Notes: generated by a model not told the origin, from the sequence alone. A stretch of 64,000 nucleotides of DNA from Austwickia sp. (GCA_016699675.1 CP064985.1:748551-812550), one strand, 5' to 3'; counted from the stretch's first letter, positions 1 through 10,417 are shown. Numbers and translations: made by a program.

Positions 1-1867
1 GGCCCTGCCGGAAGGTGCCCACCATGCGCTCGACGTCGCTCTGCAGGTCGGCCAGCGTGATGCCCTCTTCGTGCAGATACACCCGCTCCGCCCCGGCGGC
101 GAGCCCGGCCATGAGCGCGAGATAGCCGCACCGCCGGCCCATCGTCTCGGCGACGAAGCACCGGCGCGACGCCGAGGCGGACTGCTTGACCCGGTCGAGG
201 GCCCAGACGATGTTGTTCAGCGCGGTGTCCGCCCCGATGGACAGCTCCGCGCCGGGGCAGTTGTTGTCGATGGTCGCCGGGAGGCACACGATCGGGATGT
301 CGAAGGCCGGGTAGCGCTCCCGCTCGGTGACGAGCCGGGCGGCGGCCTCGTAGGCGTCGTAGCCCCCGATGATCAGCAACGCGTCGATGTTCTGCTTCTC
401 GATGGCCCGGCCGATCGCGTAGAGGTGCTCCACCCCCGGCACTTCCCGCCGGGTGCCCAGCTCGGCGCCCCCATCCCCGACCCACCCCTCGACGTCTCCC
501 CAGCTCAGCGGCCAGACCTCGCCGTCGAGCAGGCCCTTGAACGAGCCGTAGACCCCCACCATCTGCAGCCCGGCGTCGATGCCCAGCCGTACGGCGGCGC
601 GGGCGGCCGTGTTCATCCCGGGCGCCAGGCCACCGGCGTGCATGATGGCCACCCGCGGCGCCCGGTGGGAGCCGGCGGCCTGCGCCGTGTCGCCGTCGGT
701 CGGGGGCCGCGACATCGTCGCGAACACGTCGACCATCTGGCGGAAGCTGCCGCCCCGCGCGGTCATGGCCTGCTCGTAGTCCCCTGCCGCGATGTGATCG
801 GCGACGGCGCGCGTCGCGGCGACGGACTCGACGAGCGGGATCTGGGCGATGCGGTTGTGCCGCACCCCCAGGACGTGGGGCGTCGAGTCCGGAGTGGCGG
901 CCAGGACCTCCTGGACCGCGGCGTAGCCGAGCAGCGTGGACATCCACCGGTCGTAGGCGCTGGGCGAGCCACCCCGTTGCACGTGGCCGAGGATCGTGAC
1001 GCGGGTGTCCTCGCCGAGCCGTTCGGCCAGCACGTCCTTGACCTGTTCCGCGGAGATGCGGTTGCCGTGCCGGTCCGCGGCCCCCTCGGCGACCAGGACC
1101 ATGGAGTCGCGCCGGCCGGCGGCGCGGCCGGCCCGAAGCTTGGCGCACAGGTCGTCCTCCCAGCCGTCCGCGGGGGGCAGCTCGGGGATGAACACGTAGT
1201 CGCACCCACCCGCGATCGCGGCCATCAGCGGCAGGTAGCCGCAGTGCCGCCCCATCACCTCGATGACGAAGCTGCGCTGATGGCTCGCCGCCGTCGAGGA
1301 GATCGCGTCGATGGCATCGACGATGCGGTGCAGCGCGGAGTCGGCGCCGATCGTCATGTCCGTGCCGACCATGTCGTTGTCGATGGAGCCGACCAGGCCT
1401 GCGATCAGCAGGGCTGGGTGCTGGTCGGCGACCGATTGCTCCAGCTCGCCTCGTTCGACGAGCTCCGCGAGCAGCCCGGCCCAGTTCTTGCGGAACTCGT
1501 TCGTCCCCGTGAGCGAGCCGTCCCCGCCGATCACCACGAGCCGGTCGATGCCGTGCTGGAGGAGATTGCGCGCCGCCGCCAGCTGGCCGGTGCGCTCCCG
1601 GAAGTCCTTGCTGCGTGCGGTGCCGATGACCGTGCCGCCGCGGTGCAGGATGTTGCCCACGCTGTCCCAGTCCATCGCCCGGATCGCGGCGCCCCCGTCG
1701 ACGGCCCCCTGCCAGCCCTCGGTGATCGCGTAGACCTCCGCGCCGACGTGGATCCCGGTCCGCACCACCGCCCGGACCGCCGCGTTCATGCCCTGGGCGT
1801 CGCCACCGCTGGTCAGGACGCCGATGCGGGCGCGGACCGGCTGGGCCGCGCTGGTCTGCTCAGTCAT
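1..1867 (-). CDS. 6-phosphofructokinase, long tandem two-domain (eukaryotic-like) form; C-terminal part lies beyond the window start
   Basis: Own minus-strand translation from the start at 1867 gives MTEQTSAAQPVRARIGVLTSGGDAQGMNAAV...GGDGSLTGTNEF...MVGTDMTIGADSAL...RSFVIEVMGRHCGYL. A second PFK-like domain follows. The frame stays open to position 1. This ORF is missing from the ORF track because it runs off the window edge. Confidence 0.85.
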   Translation of the reverse strand, partial: MTEQTSAAQPVRARIGVLTSGGDAQGMNAAVRAVVRTGIHVGAEVYAITEGWQGAVDGGAAIRAMDWDSVGNILHRGGTVIGTARSKDFRERTGQLAAARNLLQHGIDRLVVIGGDGSLTGTNEFRKNWAGLLAELVERGELEQSVADQHPALLIAGLVGSIDNDMVGTDMTIGADSALHRIVDAIDAISSTAASHQRSFVIEVMGRHCGYLPLMAAIAGGCDYVFIPELPPADGWEDDLCAKLRAGRAAGRRDSMVLVAEGAADRHGNRISAEQVKDVLAERLGEDTRVTILGHVQRGGSPSAYDRWMSTLLGYAAVQEVLAATPDSTPHVLGVRHNRIAQIPLVESVAATRAVADHIAAGDYEQAMTARGGSFRQMVDVFATMSRPPTDGDTAQAAGSHRAPRVAIMHAGGLAPGMNTAARAAVRLGIDAGLQMVGVYGSFKGLLDGEVWPLSWGDVEGWVGDGGAELGTRREVPGVEHLYAIGRAIEKQNIDALLIIGGYDAYEAAARLVTERERYPAFDIPIVCLPATIDNNCPGAELSIGADTALNNIVWALDRVKQSASASRRCFVAETMGRRCGYLALMAGLAAGAERVYLHEEGITLADLQSDVERMVGTFRQG

Positions 1868-1903
1868 GGGGCTTCCTTCGGTCGAGGCGGACGAACGGTC
1901 CCA

Positions 1904-2722
1904 TCATGCCCTGGCGTGGCGGGGTTCGGGACCGGCCATCGGACGCCAGGCTGCGCGGGCGAGCAGCACCTCGCGCACCACGTCCGGGCGGTCCGTGATG
2001 ACGGCGTCGACCCCGGCATTGAGGAGCCGGGCGACGGCCTCGGGTGTGTCGACGGTCCAGGCCACCACCCGCAGGCCCACCCCGTGGGCCCATCCGACCA
2101 CCGCGTCGTCCCACACCCCCACCGCACCCAGCGCTAGGGGCACGTGGACGAACTCGCCCGTGGCGAGCGACCGCGGCGCGGGCAGCCGCAGCCGCGCGCA
2201 CGTCATCAGTCCGGTCAGGGCGCGCCACCCGAGCGCGGTGGCCACCCCGGGGGCCTCCGCCCGGACGTGGGCCAGGGCGCGGTCCCACGCCCCGGCGACG
2301 CAGATCCGGTCGGCGACGCCCGGCCGGCGCAGGATGCGGATCAGCGGGTCGATGCCACGCGGATCCTTGAGATCGACCGAGAAGCAGGCGTCCGGGAAGG
2401 CGTCCAGCGCCTCCTCCAGGGTGCAGATCGCGGTCTCCGGGGTCGGCTCACCGGTCCACCCGGCGGGCCCACGGACCTGCAGCTGGCGCAGCTCCGCGAG
2501 CGACCGCTCGCTGACCGGACCCGTCGCGTCGGTGACGCGGTCGAGCGTCGCGTCGTGGAAGAGGACGATGTGGCCGTCGGCGGTGACCCGCACGTCGGAC
2601 TCGAGATATCGGTAGCCGAGGGCCACGGAGTAGGCGAAGGCCGCCAGCGTGTTCTCCGGGGCCAGGATCCCGCCGCCGCGATGAACCAGACCGATCGGCC
2701 AGCCGGCCTCGACGTACCGCAT
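1904..2722 (-). CDS. glycerophosphodiester phosphodiesterase (GDPD family)
   Basis: 272-aa ORF with GDPD motifs (HRGG, ENTLAAF, ESDVRVTADGHIVLFHD). Tandem with the pfk gene. Confidence 0.75.
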   Translation of the reverse strand: MRYVEAGWPIGLVHRGGGILAPENTLAAFAYSVALGYRYLESDVRVTADGHIVLFHDATLDRVTDATGPVSERSLAELRQLQVRGPAGWTGEPTPETAICTLEEALDAFPDACFSVDLKDPRGIDPLIRILRRPGVADRICVAGAWDRALAHVRAEAPGVATALGWRALTGLMTCARLRLPAPRSLATGEFVHVPLALGAVGVWDDAVVGWAHGVGLRVVAWTVDTPEAVARLLNAGVDAVITDRPDVVREVLLARAAWRPMAGPEPRHARA

Positions 2723-2953
2723 GACCCCAGCCTGACCTGCGGCCGCCCACCCGAGCCAGGCCCACGGGAAGGACGAACGCGCTGTTCACGTAGCCTTCAC
2801 GCCGCGGTGGGGCGGCGCTCACGCGACTCCCCCGGCCCGTCACCGCGACGTCACCGACCGGCCTCCACACCGTTGCCGCAGCGCGCGGTCCGGGACCGGC
2901 CGCGGCGCGGCGCGGAGCCGCTTATGGCGACATGAGGGGGCCGAACGCCGCGG

Positions 2954-3475
2954 ATGTCGCTAAGGTCGATGAGGACACCAACATCGGGCTGCAGGCCCGC
3001 CCAGAGGGGAGAATCGATGGCAACCGCCGCCGGAGAGGGCAGCAGCGCCCGGACGGATGCCGCGACTGCGGCCGCGCGGGTCGCGGCCCGAGAGAACGAG
3101 CCGACGATCGGCGGGCTCGTGCACGACGCCCTGCAGGACGTCTCCACGCTCGTCCGCAGCGAGATTCAGCTGGCCAAGACCGAGATCACGGCCGACGTCA
3201 AGAAGGGCGGCCAGGGGGCCGCATTCTTCGCCGTCGCCGGCGTGTTGGCCGTCTTCGGCCTGACCTTCCTGTTCCACACCATCGCCCAGGCCATCGGCGT
3301 CTTCCTGCCGCTGTGGGCCGGCTACCTCATCGTCACCGTGCTGCTGTTCCTCATCGCCGGCATCCTCGCGATGGTGGGCAAGGGCCGCATGAGCAAGGTC
3401 AAGGGCAAGCCCGAGCGCACGATCGCCACCTCGAAGGAGACCGTCGAGGTCGTCAAGAAGGCGGCGCAGGGCTGA
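2954..3475 (+). CDS. small membrane protein, holin-X-like (Rv3669-like); true start may be the internal Met near 3017
   Basis: Amphipathic N-terminus followed by two hydrophobic helices (AAFFAVAGVLAVFGLTFLFHTIAQAIGVFLPLWAGYLIVTVLLFLIAGILAMVG). Sits beside the EphE-like gene as in mycobacterial synteny. Confidence 0.55.
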   Translation: MSLRSMRTPTSGCRPAQRGESMATAAGEGSSARTDAATAAARVAARENEPTIGGLVHDALQDVSTLVRSEIQLAKTEITADVKKGGQGAAFFAVAGVLAVFGLTFLFHTIAQAIGVFLPLWAGYLIVTVLLFLIAGILAMVGKGRMSKVKGKPERTIATSKETVEVVKKAAQG

Positions 3476-3533
3476 CCCCCAGTCGGGTGCCAGCGGCGAG
3501 CAGCCGGGAGCGTGCGATGACGGAGGAGTCGTC

Positions 3534-4451
3534 ATGAGTGTCGACTCCTCCGTCGTGCTCGTTCCGGGGCCGTGGGAGCACCGGTACGTCGCCGCCAACG
3601 GCGCCCGATTCCACCTCGCCTGCGCCGGCCACGGCCCGCTAGTGCTCTTCCTGCACGCCTTCCCGCAGTTCTGGTGGACCTGGCGGCACCAGCTCGCCGC
3701 GCTCGCGGACGCCGGCTACCGCGCCGTGGCCATGGACCTGCGCGGCTACGGGGCCTCGGACAAGCCGCCGACCGGGTACGACGCCACCACCCTCACCGCC
3801 GACGTCGCGGGCGTGATCCGGTCGCTGGGCGAGGCCGACGCCGTGGTGGTGGGGCACGGCATCGGGGGCTGGCTGGCCTGGACCCTGCCGATGTCCCACC
3901 CCGACGTGGTCCGCGCCGTCGCGACGATCGGGTGCCCCCATCCCGCGGCCGCGCTCTCCGGGCCGCCAATCCCCGCCCAGGCCCGCGGGGCCATGGCCCT
4001 GCTGGGCCTCAACCGCCCGTTCCACCCCGAGCGTGAGTTGACGCGCGGGCCGGCGTACGTCCACCGCATGTTGGTCTCGTGGCGCGGCGTCGACGCGAGT
4101 TGGCCCTCCGCGGAGGAGGCGGGTCGGTACGCCGAGGCGATGGCGATCCCGTTCGTGGCGCACTCGGCCGCGGAGGGCTACCGCTGGCTCGTCCGGGCGC
4201 GCCTGCACATGCAGGGGCGCGAATATCTGCGCGGGGTGCGCCAGTCCGTGCTGGTGCCGACCCTGCAGCTGCACGGCAGCCACGACCAGATCGTGGTGTC
4301 CGCCCTGGCGCAGCGCAGCCGCCGCTGGGTCGCGGGCCCCTACACATGGCGGTCCATCGAGGGGGCGGGCCACGCCCCGCACGAACAGCGCCCGGCCGAG
4401 GTCAGCGCCGCGCTCGTGGACTGGATCGGCACGCTGGGCGCGCAGGCCTGA
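3534..4451 (+). CDS. alpha/beta-fold hydrolase (epoxide hydrolase EphE-like)
   Basis: HGFP-like opening (LFLHAFPQFWWTWRHQ), a nucleophile elbow (GHGIGG) and a C-terminal His. Adjacent to and convergent with marP, as in Rv3670/Rv3671c. Confidence 0.75.
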   Translation: MSVDSSVVLVPGPWEHRYVAANGARFHLACAGHGPLVLFLHAFPQFWWTWRHQLAALADAGYRAVAMDLRGYGASDKPPTGYDATTLTADVAGVIRSLGEADAVVVGHGIGGWLAWTLPMSHPDVVRAVATIGCPHPAAALSGPPIPAQARGAMALLGLNRPFHPERELTRGPAYVHRMLVSWRGVDASWPSAEEAGRYAEAMAIPFVAHSAAEGYRWLVRARLHMQGREYLRGVRQSVLVPTLQLHGSHDQIVVSALAQRSRRWVAGPYTWRSIEGAGHAPHEQRPAEVSAALVDWIGTLGAQA

Positions 4452-4461
4452 CGGGCCGCTC

Positions 4462-4606
4462 GTCAGGCGGCGGCCGTGCAGGCGCCGCTCGTCAGGCGGC
4501 GGCCGTGCAGGCGCCGCTCGTCAGGCGGCGGCCGTACAGGCGCCGCTCGTCAGGCGGCGGCCGTGCAGGCGCCGCTCGTCAGGCGGCGGCCGTACAGGGG
4601 CCGGTG
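4462..4606. repeat. about five tandem copies of a 29-bp unit GTCAGGCGGCGGCCGTGCAGGCGCCGCTC (occasional G>A variants)
   Basis: Direct reading of the sequence. The copies are contiguous with no spacers. The array fills the convergent intergenic gap, and the last copy contains the marP stop codon. Confidence 0.9.
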
Positions 4607-5788
4607 CCCACCGCGCCCGCCGTACGGCTGGCCTGCTGCAACACCGGGCGCGCCTCGTCGAGCGTGAGGGCGTAGCCGGTGCGGGCGTCGTCGAGGGAGC
4701 GGGCGAACAAGACGCCGGACACCGTGCCGTCGGGGGCTAGCAGTGGCCCGCCGGAGTTGCCGGGCTGGACGGTCGCGAGGAGCGAATACACCTCGCGCTG
4801 CACCCGGTCGTGGCCGTAGATGTCGTCGCCGCGGGCCTGCAGCACCTCGCGGACGCGGGCGGCATCGACCTTCAGGGGGCCGCCCAGGGGGTAGCCGGCG
4901 ACGACGGCGGAGTCGCCGTGCCCCAGGGGACGCCCCAGGGCCAGCGGGGCCGCGCCCAGGCCGTCGACCGAGAGCACCGCCAGGTCCTTGGCCGGGTCGA
5001 AGACGACCACCCGGGCGGTCAGGCTGCTGCCGCCGGAACGCACCCGGACTCCCTGCGACCCCGCGACGACGTGAGCGTTCGTGACGACCAGTCCCTGCTG
5101 GTAGACCCACCCGGTCCCCTCCTGGGCGCGCGAGCAGGACGGGGCGTCTGCGTCGATCCGCAGCACCGACCGGGTGGCCTGGCGGATCTGCGGCGTCGCG
5201 ACCGCGGCGTCGTCGACGGCCGGCACGGGCCGGATGGGCTCGGAGTCGATCGAGGAGAAGACCCGGGGGAAGCCGTATTCGTCGAGGGTGGCCTTCAGGC
5301 TGCCGAGGACGGCCTCGCTGCTCGCGGGCATGACCGTGCCGATGGCCGTGACCACCCGGGACTGCCCGACCCCGCGGGCCAGCTCGCCGGGCACCACGAC
5401 CCGCATGGTGCCGGCGACGAACCAGGTCGTCGCGGCGGCCACGGCCAGCGTCAGCGCCGCCCCCAGGACGGCATCCAGCGCCCCCAGGGGCGACTTGCCG
5501 AGACGATGGGCGGCGCCGCTCGCGAGCCGCACCGCGAGACCCTGCGCGATCGAGGCCAGCAGCATCACGCCCGCGACGAGCAGGAGCGGCCGCAGCAGCG
5601 GCGGGCCCCCGGCGATCAGGGCGGCGATCCGGTCGGGGAGCAGCCACAGCCCGAGCGCGGCGCCCGCGATGAACCCCGCGGCGGCGACGACCGTGAGCAG
5701 CAGCCCGCGCCGCAGTCCCGCGAGGGCGCACAGGGCAAGGAACACCACGAGGACGACGTCCAGTGTCGTGCCGAGCGTCACCGCGCCT
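4579..5788 (-). CDS. marP: MarP-family membrane-anchored serine protease (Rv3671c-like)
   Basis: GTG start at 5788 ([14 protein letters not shown]...). Four transmembrane helices followed by a chymotrypsin-like domain (TNAHVV...DLAVL...GNSGGPL). The longer 688-aa ORF is a low-complexity N-terminal artefact. Confidence 0.8.
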
Positions 5789-6524
5789 CCCCTGGTGCCT
5801 GCGGGCGGTGACCCGGTGGGCCGCCTCGCTGAAACGGAACGTCCCGGCTCAGGTCCCGGTTCCACTCCGTGTGGTCCAAATCGGCCAGTTCCAGGGTCGA
5901 GGTGAGCAAAGCGGCCGTGAAGCCCCACACGAACAGCCCGTCGACCTCGAACGCCGGAGCGGTGAACCCGTTGGGGTGGACGGCCATGAACCGGTGCGCG
6001 GGTTCGAGCAGGTCGGCCAGGGCCACCCGCGCGACGCGCTCCACCTCGGCGGGGCTGCGCACGAAGATCGGGGTGGGTCGCTCCCACCAGGCCAGCACCG
6101 GCGTGACCGCCGACGTCGAGGCCGACAGGAACAGCTCGGGGAACGCGCCGAGCACCCGCACCCCCGCCGGGTCGAGCCCGATCTCCTCGTTGGCCTCGCG
6201 CAGCGCCGCCCCCACCGGCCCGTCGTCGTCGGGGTCGACGCGACCCCCCGGGAAGGAGACCTGCCCGGCGTGGCTGCGCAGGTGGGCGGTCCGCTGAGTG
6301 AGGACGACGTCCTGGCCGCCGTCGTCCCGCGGGCCGAAGAGCATCAGGACCGCCGAGGCCCGACCGCCGCGCGCCGGGTCGGGGCGGTGCCGCGCGAAGT
6401 ACGCCGGGTCCAACCCCTGCAGCCGGTCCACGAGGTGCGGCAGCCACGCCGGTGGCGGGACCGGCGGGAGGGGCGGCGAGACCGGCGCGACCGGCGGAAC
6501 CAGCCACCCCGCAGCTTCGGTCAC
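5778..6524 (-). CDS. NUDIX hydrolase (CoA pyrophosphatase-like, Rv3672c-like)
   Basis: Nudix box [25 protein letters not shown]. Overlaps the marP start by 11 bp. Confidence 0.8.
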   Translation of the reverse strand: MTEAAGWLVPPVAPVSPPLPPVPPPAWLPHLVDRLQGLDPAYFARHRPDPARGGRASAVLMLFGPRDDGGQDVVLTQRTAHLRSHAGQVSFPGGRVDPDDDGPVGAALREANEEIGLDPAGVRVLGAFPELFLSASTSAVTPVLAWWERPTPIFVRSPAEVERVARVALADLLEPAHRFMAVHPNGFTAPAFEVDGLFVWGFTAALLTSTLELADLDHTEWNRDLSRDVPFQRGGPPGHRPQAPGEAR

Positions 6525-7234
6525 CGCGGCTCCCGCTCGGGGTCCTTGACGAGCCGCGCCGCCTTGGCGGGGTCGGTCTCGCCGATGCCGTACGACGGGC
6601 AGAGCGCCGCCACGGGGCAGGCGCCACAGGCGGGCTTGCGCGCATGGCAGGTGCGCCGCCCGTGGAAGATCAGCGTGTGCGAGAGCATCGTCCAGTCCCG
6701 CTTCGGGATGAGGGCCCCCACCTCGGCCTCGACGACGACCGGATCTTCGCTGGTCGTCCAGCCGAAGCGGCGCGCGAGCCGGCCGAAGTGGGTGTCGACC
6801 GTGATGCCGGGCACTCCGAACGCATTGCCGAGCACCACGTTGGCGGTCTTGCGGCCGACCCCGCGCAGCGTGACCAGGTCCTTGAGCCGGTGCGGCACCA
6901 CGCCGCCGTACCGTTCCACGAGGTCAGCCGACAGCCGCAGCAGCGACTCCGACTTGGCCCGATAGAAGCCGGTGGACTGGATGATCGTCTCCAGCTCGGT
7001 GCGATCGGCGGCGGCGAGGGCCGCGGGGTCGGGATATCTGGCGAACAGCCCCGGCGTGACCTTGTTGACGTTGACGTCCGTGGTCTGCGCGGACAGAACC
7101 GTCGCGACGAGCAGCTGGTAGGCGTCGGCGAAGTCCAGTTCGCAGTGCGCGTCGGGGTAGCGCTGCGCCAGCAGCCGATACATGCGGCGCGCCCGGCGGG
7201 TACGCGCCAGCGGCGTCTCGGCGACGGTGGCCAC
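6521..7234 (-). CDS. nth: endonuclease III (Nth)
   Basis: HhH-GPD motif ([13 protein letters not shown]) and a 4Fe-4S cluster motif ([17 protein letters not shown]). The start is uncertain: GTG at 7234 or ATG at 7183. The 474-aa ORF runs into the crp promoter and is over-extended. Confidence 0.85.
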   Translation of the reverse strand: MATVAETPLARTRRARRMYRLLAQRYPDAHCELDFADAYQLLVATVLSAQTTDVNVNKVTPGLFARYPDPAALAAADRTELETIIQSTGFYRAKSESLLRLSADLVERYGGVVPHRLKDLVTLRGVGRKTANVVLGNAFGVPGITVDTHFGRLARRFGWTTSEDPVVVEAEVGALIPKRDWTMLSHTLIFHGRRTCHARKPACGACPVAALCPSYGIGETDPAKAARLVKDPEREPR

Positions 7235-7388
7235 GCCACTGAGCGAGGCGGTCGTGGGGTCGGCCGGCACGGCCGTCGTCGGGTTCGCGCGCTTCGCCAC
7301 ACCGGCCAGCGTAGGCGCCCGTGCCGACAAGCGGTTTCGGTCTGCGGATCGCAGTGCCGGCCGGAACTTTCGACCACCCTGTGCCGCA

Positions 7389-7404
7389 CGTGACCTGGGG
7401 CACA
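7389..7404. promoter_or_regulatory. putative CRP-type binding site CGTGA-N6-GCACA in the divergent nth/crp promoter region
   Basis: CGTGACCTGGGGCACA matches the mycobacterial CRP half-sites GTGA-N6-TCACA in 9 of 10 core positions. It lies about 20 bp upstream of the crp start. Confidence 0.4.
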
Positions 7405-7423
7405 TATGTGGCAGAGTAGGACC

Positions 7424-8101
7424 GTGGATAACGACGTGGTGAGACGGGCTGCCCTCTTCGCCGCTCTGGACGACGGCGATGTCAGCGCGTTGCGCTCCAC
7501 GATGTCGACCACGCGCCTGCAGCGCGGCGAGGTCCTGTTCCGCGAGGGGCAGCGCGGCGATCGGCTCTATGTCATCGTGACCGGCAAGATCAAGCTCGGC
7601 CGGTCGAGCACGGACGGCCGCGAGAACCTGATGGCGATCCTCGGCCCCGGCGAGATGTTCGGCGAACTCAGCCTGTTCGACCCCGGCCCGCGCACGGCGA
7701 CCGCCACGGCCGTCGCCGACACCGAGCTCATCGGGATGGGCAACGAGTCGCTGCACGAATACCTCAAGGACCGCCCGGCGGTCTCCCTTGCGCTGCTGGG
7801 CGCCTTGGCGCGGCGGCTGCGCCGCACCAACGACTCGGTCGCGGACCTGGTCTTCACCGACGTGCCCGGCCGGGTCGCCAAGGCCCTCCTCGATCTGGCC
7901 AGCCGGTTCGGCCGGCCCAGCGAGGAGGGCGTCCTGGTGGCGCACGACCTCACCCAGGAGGAGCTCGCCCAGCTGGTGGGCGCCTCGCGCGAGACCGTGA
8001 ACAAGGCCCTGGCCGACTTCGCCTCGCGTGGCTGGCTCAAGCTGGAGGCCCGCGCCGTGCTGCTCATGGACGTCGAGCGCCTGCAGCGCCGGTCGCGCTG
8101 A
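7424..8101 (+). CDS. crp: cAMP receptor protein, CRP/FNR family
   Basis: Near-identical family signature to M. tuberculosis CRP ([25 protein letters not shown]...[10 protein letters not shown]...[16 protein letters not shown]). The GTG at 7424 matches the Mtb start (VD...). The ATG at 7406 is an alternative. Confidence 0.9.
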   Translation: MDNDVVRRAALFAALDDGDVSALRSTMSTTRLQRGEVLFREGQRGDRLYVIVTGKIKLGRSSTDGRENLMAILGPGEMFGELSLFDPGPRTATATAVADTELIGMGNESLHEYLKDRPAVSLALLGALARRLRRTNDSVADLVFTDVPGRVAKALLDLASRFGRPSEEGVLVAHDLTQEELAQLVGASRETVNKALADFASRGWLKLEARAVLLMDVERLQRRSR

Positions 8102-8149
8102 GCATCGACTCAGTCCCAGACCGCGTCGAGTCAGCTGCAGTCCCCGGCC

Positions 8150-9019
8150 TCAGTCGTGTCGCGGGTCGATCCGCGGCGGCGGCGAACCATGCGGCTCACC
8201 CAGATAGTCGAGCTGTGCCCGCACGCTGAGGCCGGCCGCCGGCCATAGGGACCGATCCACGTCGGCGTACACCACCTCGACCACCTCGTCCACACCCCGC
8301 GCACCCCCGGCGAGCGCGTCGCGGATCTGCTGCAGCCGCTCGGCCCGGTGCTCGCGGTAGTACCCCACCACACCCGCGGCGTCCGCGATCGGCCCGCCGT
8401 GGCCCGGCAGGAGGTCGGTCACGCGACCCGAGCCGGTCAGGCCCGCGATGCGTTCGAGGCTGGCGAGGTAGTCCTCCAGCACGCCATCGGGCCAGGCGAC
8501 CACCGTCGTTCCCCAGCCCAGGACGGTGTCGCCGGTGAGCAGGGCGTTCTCGACGGTCAGGCAGAACGAGAGGGAGTCGGAGGTGTGCCCCGGGGTCGCC
8601 ACCACGACCAGCTCCACGCCAGCGTCGGCAACCGCGTCGCCGTCGGCCAGGTCGTCGTGGCCCGCCCCGATGGCCCGGACCGGGGCGCCGGTCAGCTCGG
8701 CGAACCGGGCCGCGCCCTCGGCGTGGTCGGGGTGGCCGTGGGTCAGCAGCGTCTGCACCACTCGCCGCTCCCCCACGCGGTCGAGGACCCGCCGCAGGTG
8801 CGCCTCGTCGAGGGGACCGGGGTCCACCACGATCAGGCCGTCCTGATCGGGCGCCCCCAGCAGCCAGGTGTTCGTCCCCTCCAGCGTCATCGGCGAGGGA
8901 TTGGGGCAGAGCACGCACTCGGCGTACCCGCTCCACACCCCGCCCGGCCAGGACTTGGGCGCCCAGCTCGCCGGGCGCGTCACCCACGGCGTCGGGGCCG
9001 ACCCGGGCGCCCCGCTCAT
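8150..9019 (-). CDS. MBL-fold metallo-hydrolase (Rv3677c-like)
   Basis: THGHPDHAEG metal-binding motif. Start at the second Met (MSGAPGS), with 9043 as the alternative. Confidence 0.8.
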   Translation of the reverse strand: MSGAPGSAPTPWVTRPASWAPKSWPGGVWSGYAECVLCPNPSPMTLEGTNTWLLGAPDQDGLIVVDPGPLDEAHLRRVLDRVGERRVVQTLLTHGHPDHAEGAARFAELTGAPVRAIGAGHDDLADGDAVADAGVELVVVATPGHTSDSLSFCLTVENALLTGDTVLGWGTTVVAWPDGVLEDYLASLERIAGLTGSGRVTDLLPGHGGPIADAAGVVGYYREHRAERLQQIRDALAGGARGVDEVVEVVYADVDRSLWPAAGLSVRAQLDYLGEPHGSPPPRIDPRHD

Positions 9020-9939
9020 GCGGAGCCCTCGGCGACCGCCCATCGGCGCGCCACCGCCACGCCCGTCTCGGTGAGCACGGGCACCGGCAGCACCACCGGC
9101 AGGGGGTCGGACACGTCGAGCCCCGCCATGAGGCTGGCCGCGCTGCCGTCCCAGCCGCCCGCCTCGTGGGCGTCGCGGTCATAGGCGAGCATCCCGAGCG
9201 ACACCTCGGTCGGCGGCAGGAGCAGGGCCTGCCCGGCGCGCTGTTCGGCGAGCAGGTCGGCCGGGCGCACCCAGCGGACGTGCTCGGCCTCGGTGCAGTC
9301 GTCGTCGGGAACCTGGCCGGCGGGCAGCTCGGCCACGAAGAAGCGGGTGTCGTAGCGCCGCGGCTCGAACTCCGGGGTGATCCAGTGGTCGACCGCGCGC
9401 AGCAGGTCGGTGCGCAGCACCAGCCCGCGCTGCAGGAGGAACTCCGCGAAGGAGATCTCCCGCCCGACCAGGGCCACCCGCGCCTCGTCCCATTCCGGAC
9501 CGGTCAGGTCGGCGACGACAGTCGACTCGTCCGGCCCGGCGAGCAGCACCCCGCACTCCTCGAACAGCTCCCGGGCGGCGGCGGCGACCAGCTCGCGGGC
9601 CTGCGCCTCGCCGGGGGCCGCCACGCGGCGCGCCCACTCCTGCGGGGACGGTCCCGCCCACGGCAGCGCCTCCTCGGCGTCGCGGTCGTCGACGCCGCCA
9701 CCGGGAAAGACGTACGCCGACGCGGCGAACGCCATCGTCGCGGCCCGGCGCAGGACGAAGACCTCGAGGTCACCCGGCGTACCCGCTTCCCCGTCCCGCA
9801 CGAGCATGACGGTGGAGGCGTCCTTCGTCGGCGCGGCGACGCCGCCGCGCTCGACCCAGGCCCGCGCGTGCTCGGCCAGCGCGGGCGGGAGGGCGTAATG
9901 GACCTCGGGGACGGTGCTGCCGTCAGGATCGGCCGGCAT
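9016..9939 (-). CDS. NUDIX hydrolase
   Basis: MPADPDGSTVPEVHY... with Nudix box GGGVDDRDAEEALPWAGP...RELFEECGV. The N-terminal half of the 516-aa ORF is an artefact, because it overlaps ridA in another frame. Confidence 0.75.
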   Translation of the reverse strand: MPADPDGSTVPEVHYALPPALAEHARAWVERGGVAAPTKDASTVMLVRDGEAGTPGDLEVFVLRRAATMAFAASAYVFPGGGVDDRDAEEALPWAGPSPQEWARRVAAPGEAQARELVAAAARELFEECGVLLAGPDESTVVADLTGPEWDEARVALVGREISFAEFLLQRGLVLRTDLLRAVDHWITPEFEPRRYDTRFFVAELPAGQVPDDDCTEAEHVRWVRPADLLAEQRAGQALLLPPTEVSLGMLAYDRDAHEAGGWDGSAASLMAGLDVSDPLPVVLPVPVLTETGVAVARRWAVAEGSA

Positions 9940-9941
9940 GG

Positions 9942-10415
9942 TCAGTCCCGCACCGCGAAGATCGCCTCGACCTCGACGGACGCGCCGAGGGGCAGCGCCA
10001 GCACCCCGACAGCGCTGCGGGCGTGGGCGCCCGCCTCGCCGAAGACGTCCTTCATCAGTTCGGAGGCGCCGTTGATCACGCCGGGCTGGCCGGTGAACCC
10101 GGGCTCGCTCGCGACGAACCCGACGAGCTTGACCACCCGTTCCACGGCGTCGAGGTCGCCGACCACGCTCTGGCAGGCGGCGATGGCGTTGAGCGCGCAG
10201 GTGGCGGCCATCTCCTTGGCCTGCTCGGGGCTGACCGCGTCCGGGCCCTCCCCCACGGGTCCGGTCGCCGCCATGGCGCCGCCCGCCAGCGGCAGCTGGC
10301 CCGAGACGTACACGTAGCGGCCGTCGCGCAGGGCGGGAACGTACGCCGCGACGGGCGGATTCACCGGCGGCACGGTCAGGCCCAGCTCCGCCAGGCGCTC
10401 CTCGATCCGGCCCAC
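9942..10415 (-). CDS. ridA: RidA family protein (Rv3678c-like)
   Basis: YjgF/RidA signature (SAVGVLALPLGASVEVEAIFAVRD). GTG start. Confidence 0.85.
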   Translation of the reverse strand: MGRIEERLAELGLTVPPVNPPVAAYVPALRDGRYVYVSGQLPLAGGAMAATGPVGEGPDAVSPEQAKEMAATCALNAIAACQSVVGDLDAVERVVKLVGFVASEPGFTGQPGVINGASELMKDVFGEAGAHARSAVGVLALPLGASVEVEAIFAVRD

Positions 10416-10417
10416 GG

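Noticed and set aside
71-2137. 688-aa plus-strand ORF and many other long Arg/Gly/Pro-rich ORFs (for example 4579-6645 N-terminus, 34222-38625 1467 aa, 33149-35440, 28356-30506)
   Set aside because: Low-complexity translations antisense or out-of-frame to well-recognised genes. This is the typical GC3-driven open-frame artefact of 70% GC DNA.
4462-4606. Possible CRISPR array
   Set aside because: The 29-bp units are directly contiguous with no intervening unique spacers and no cas genes nearby. Classified as a tandem minisatellite.
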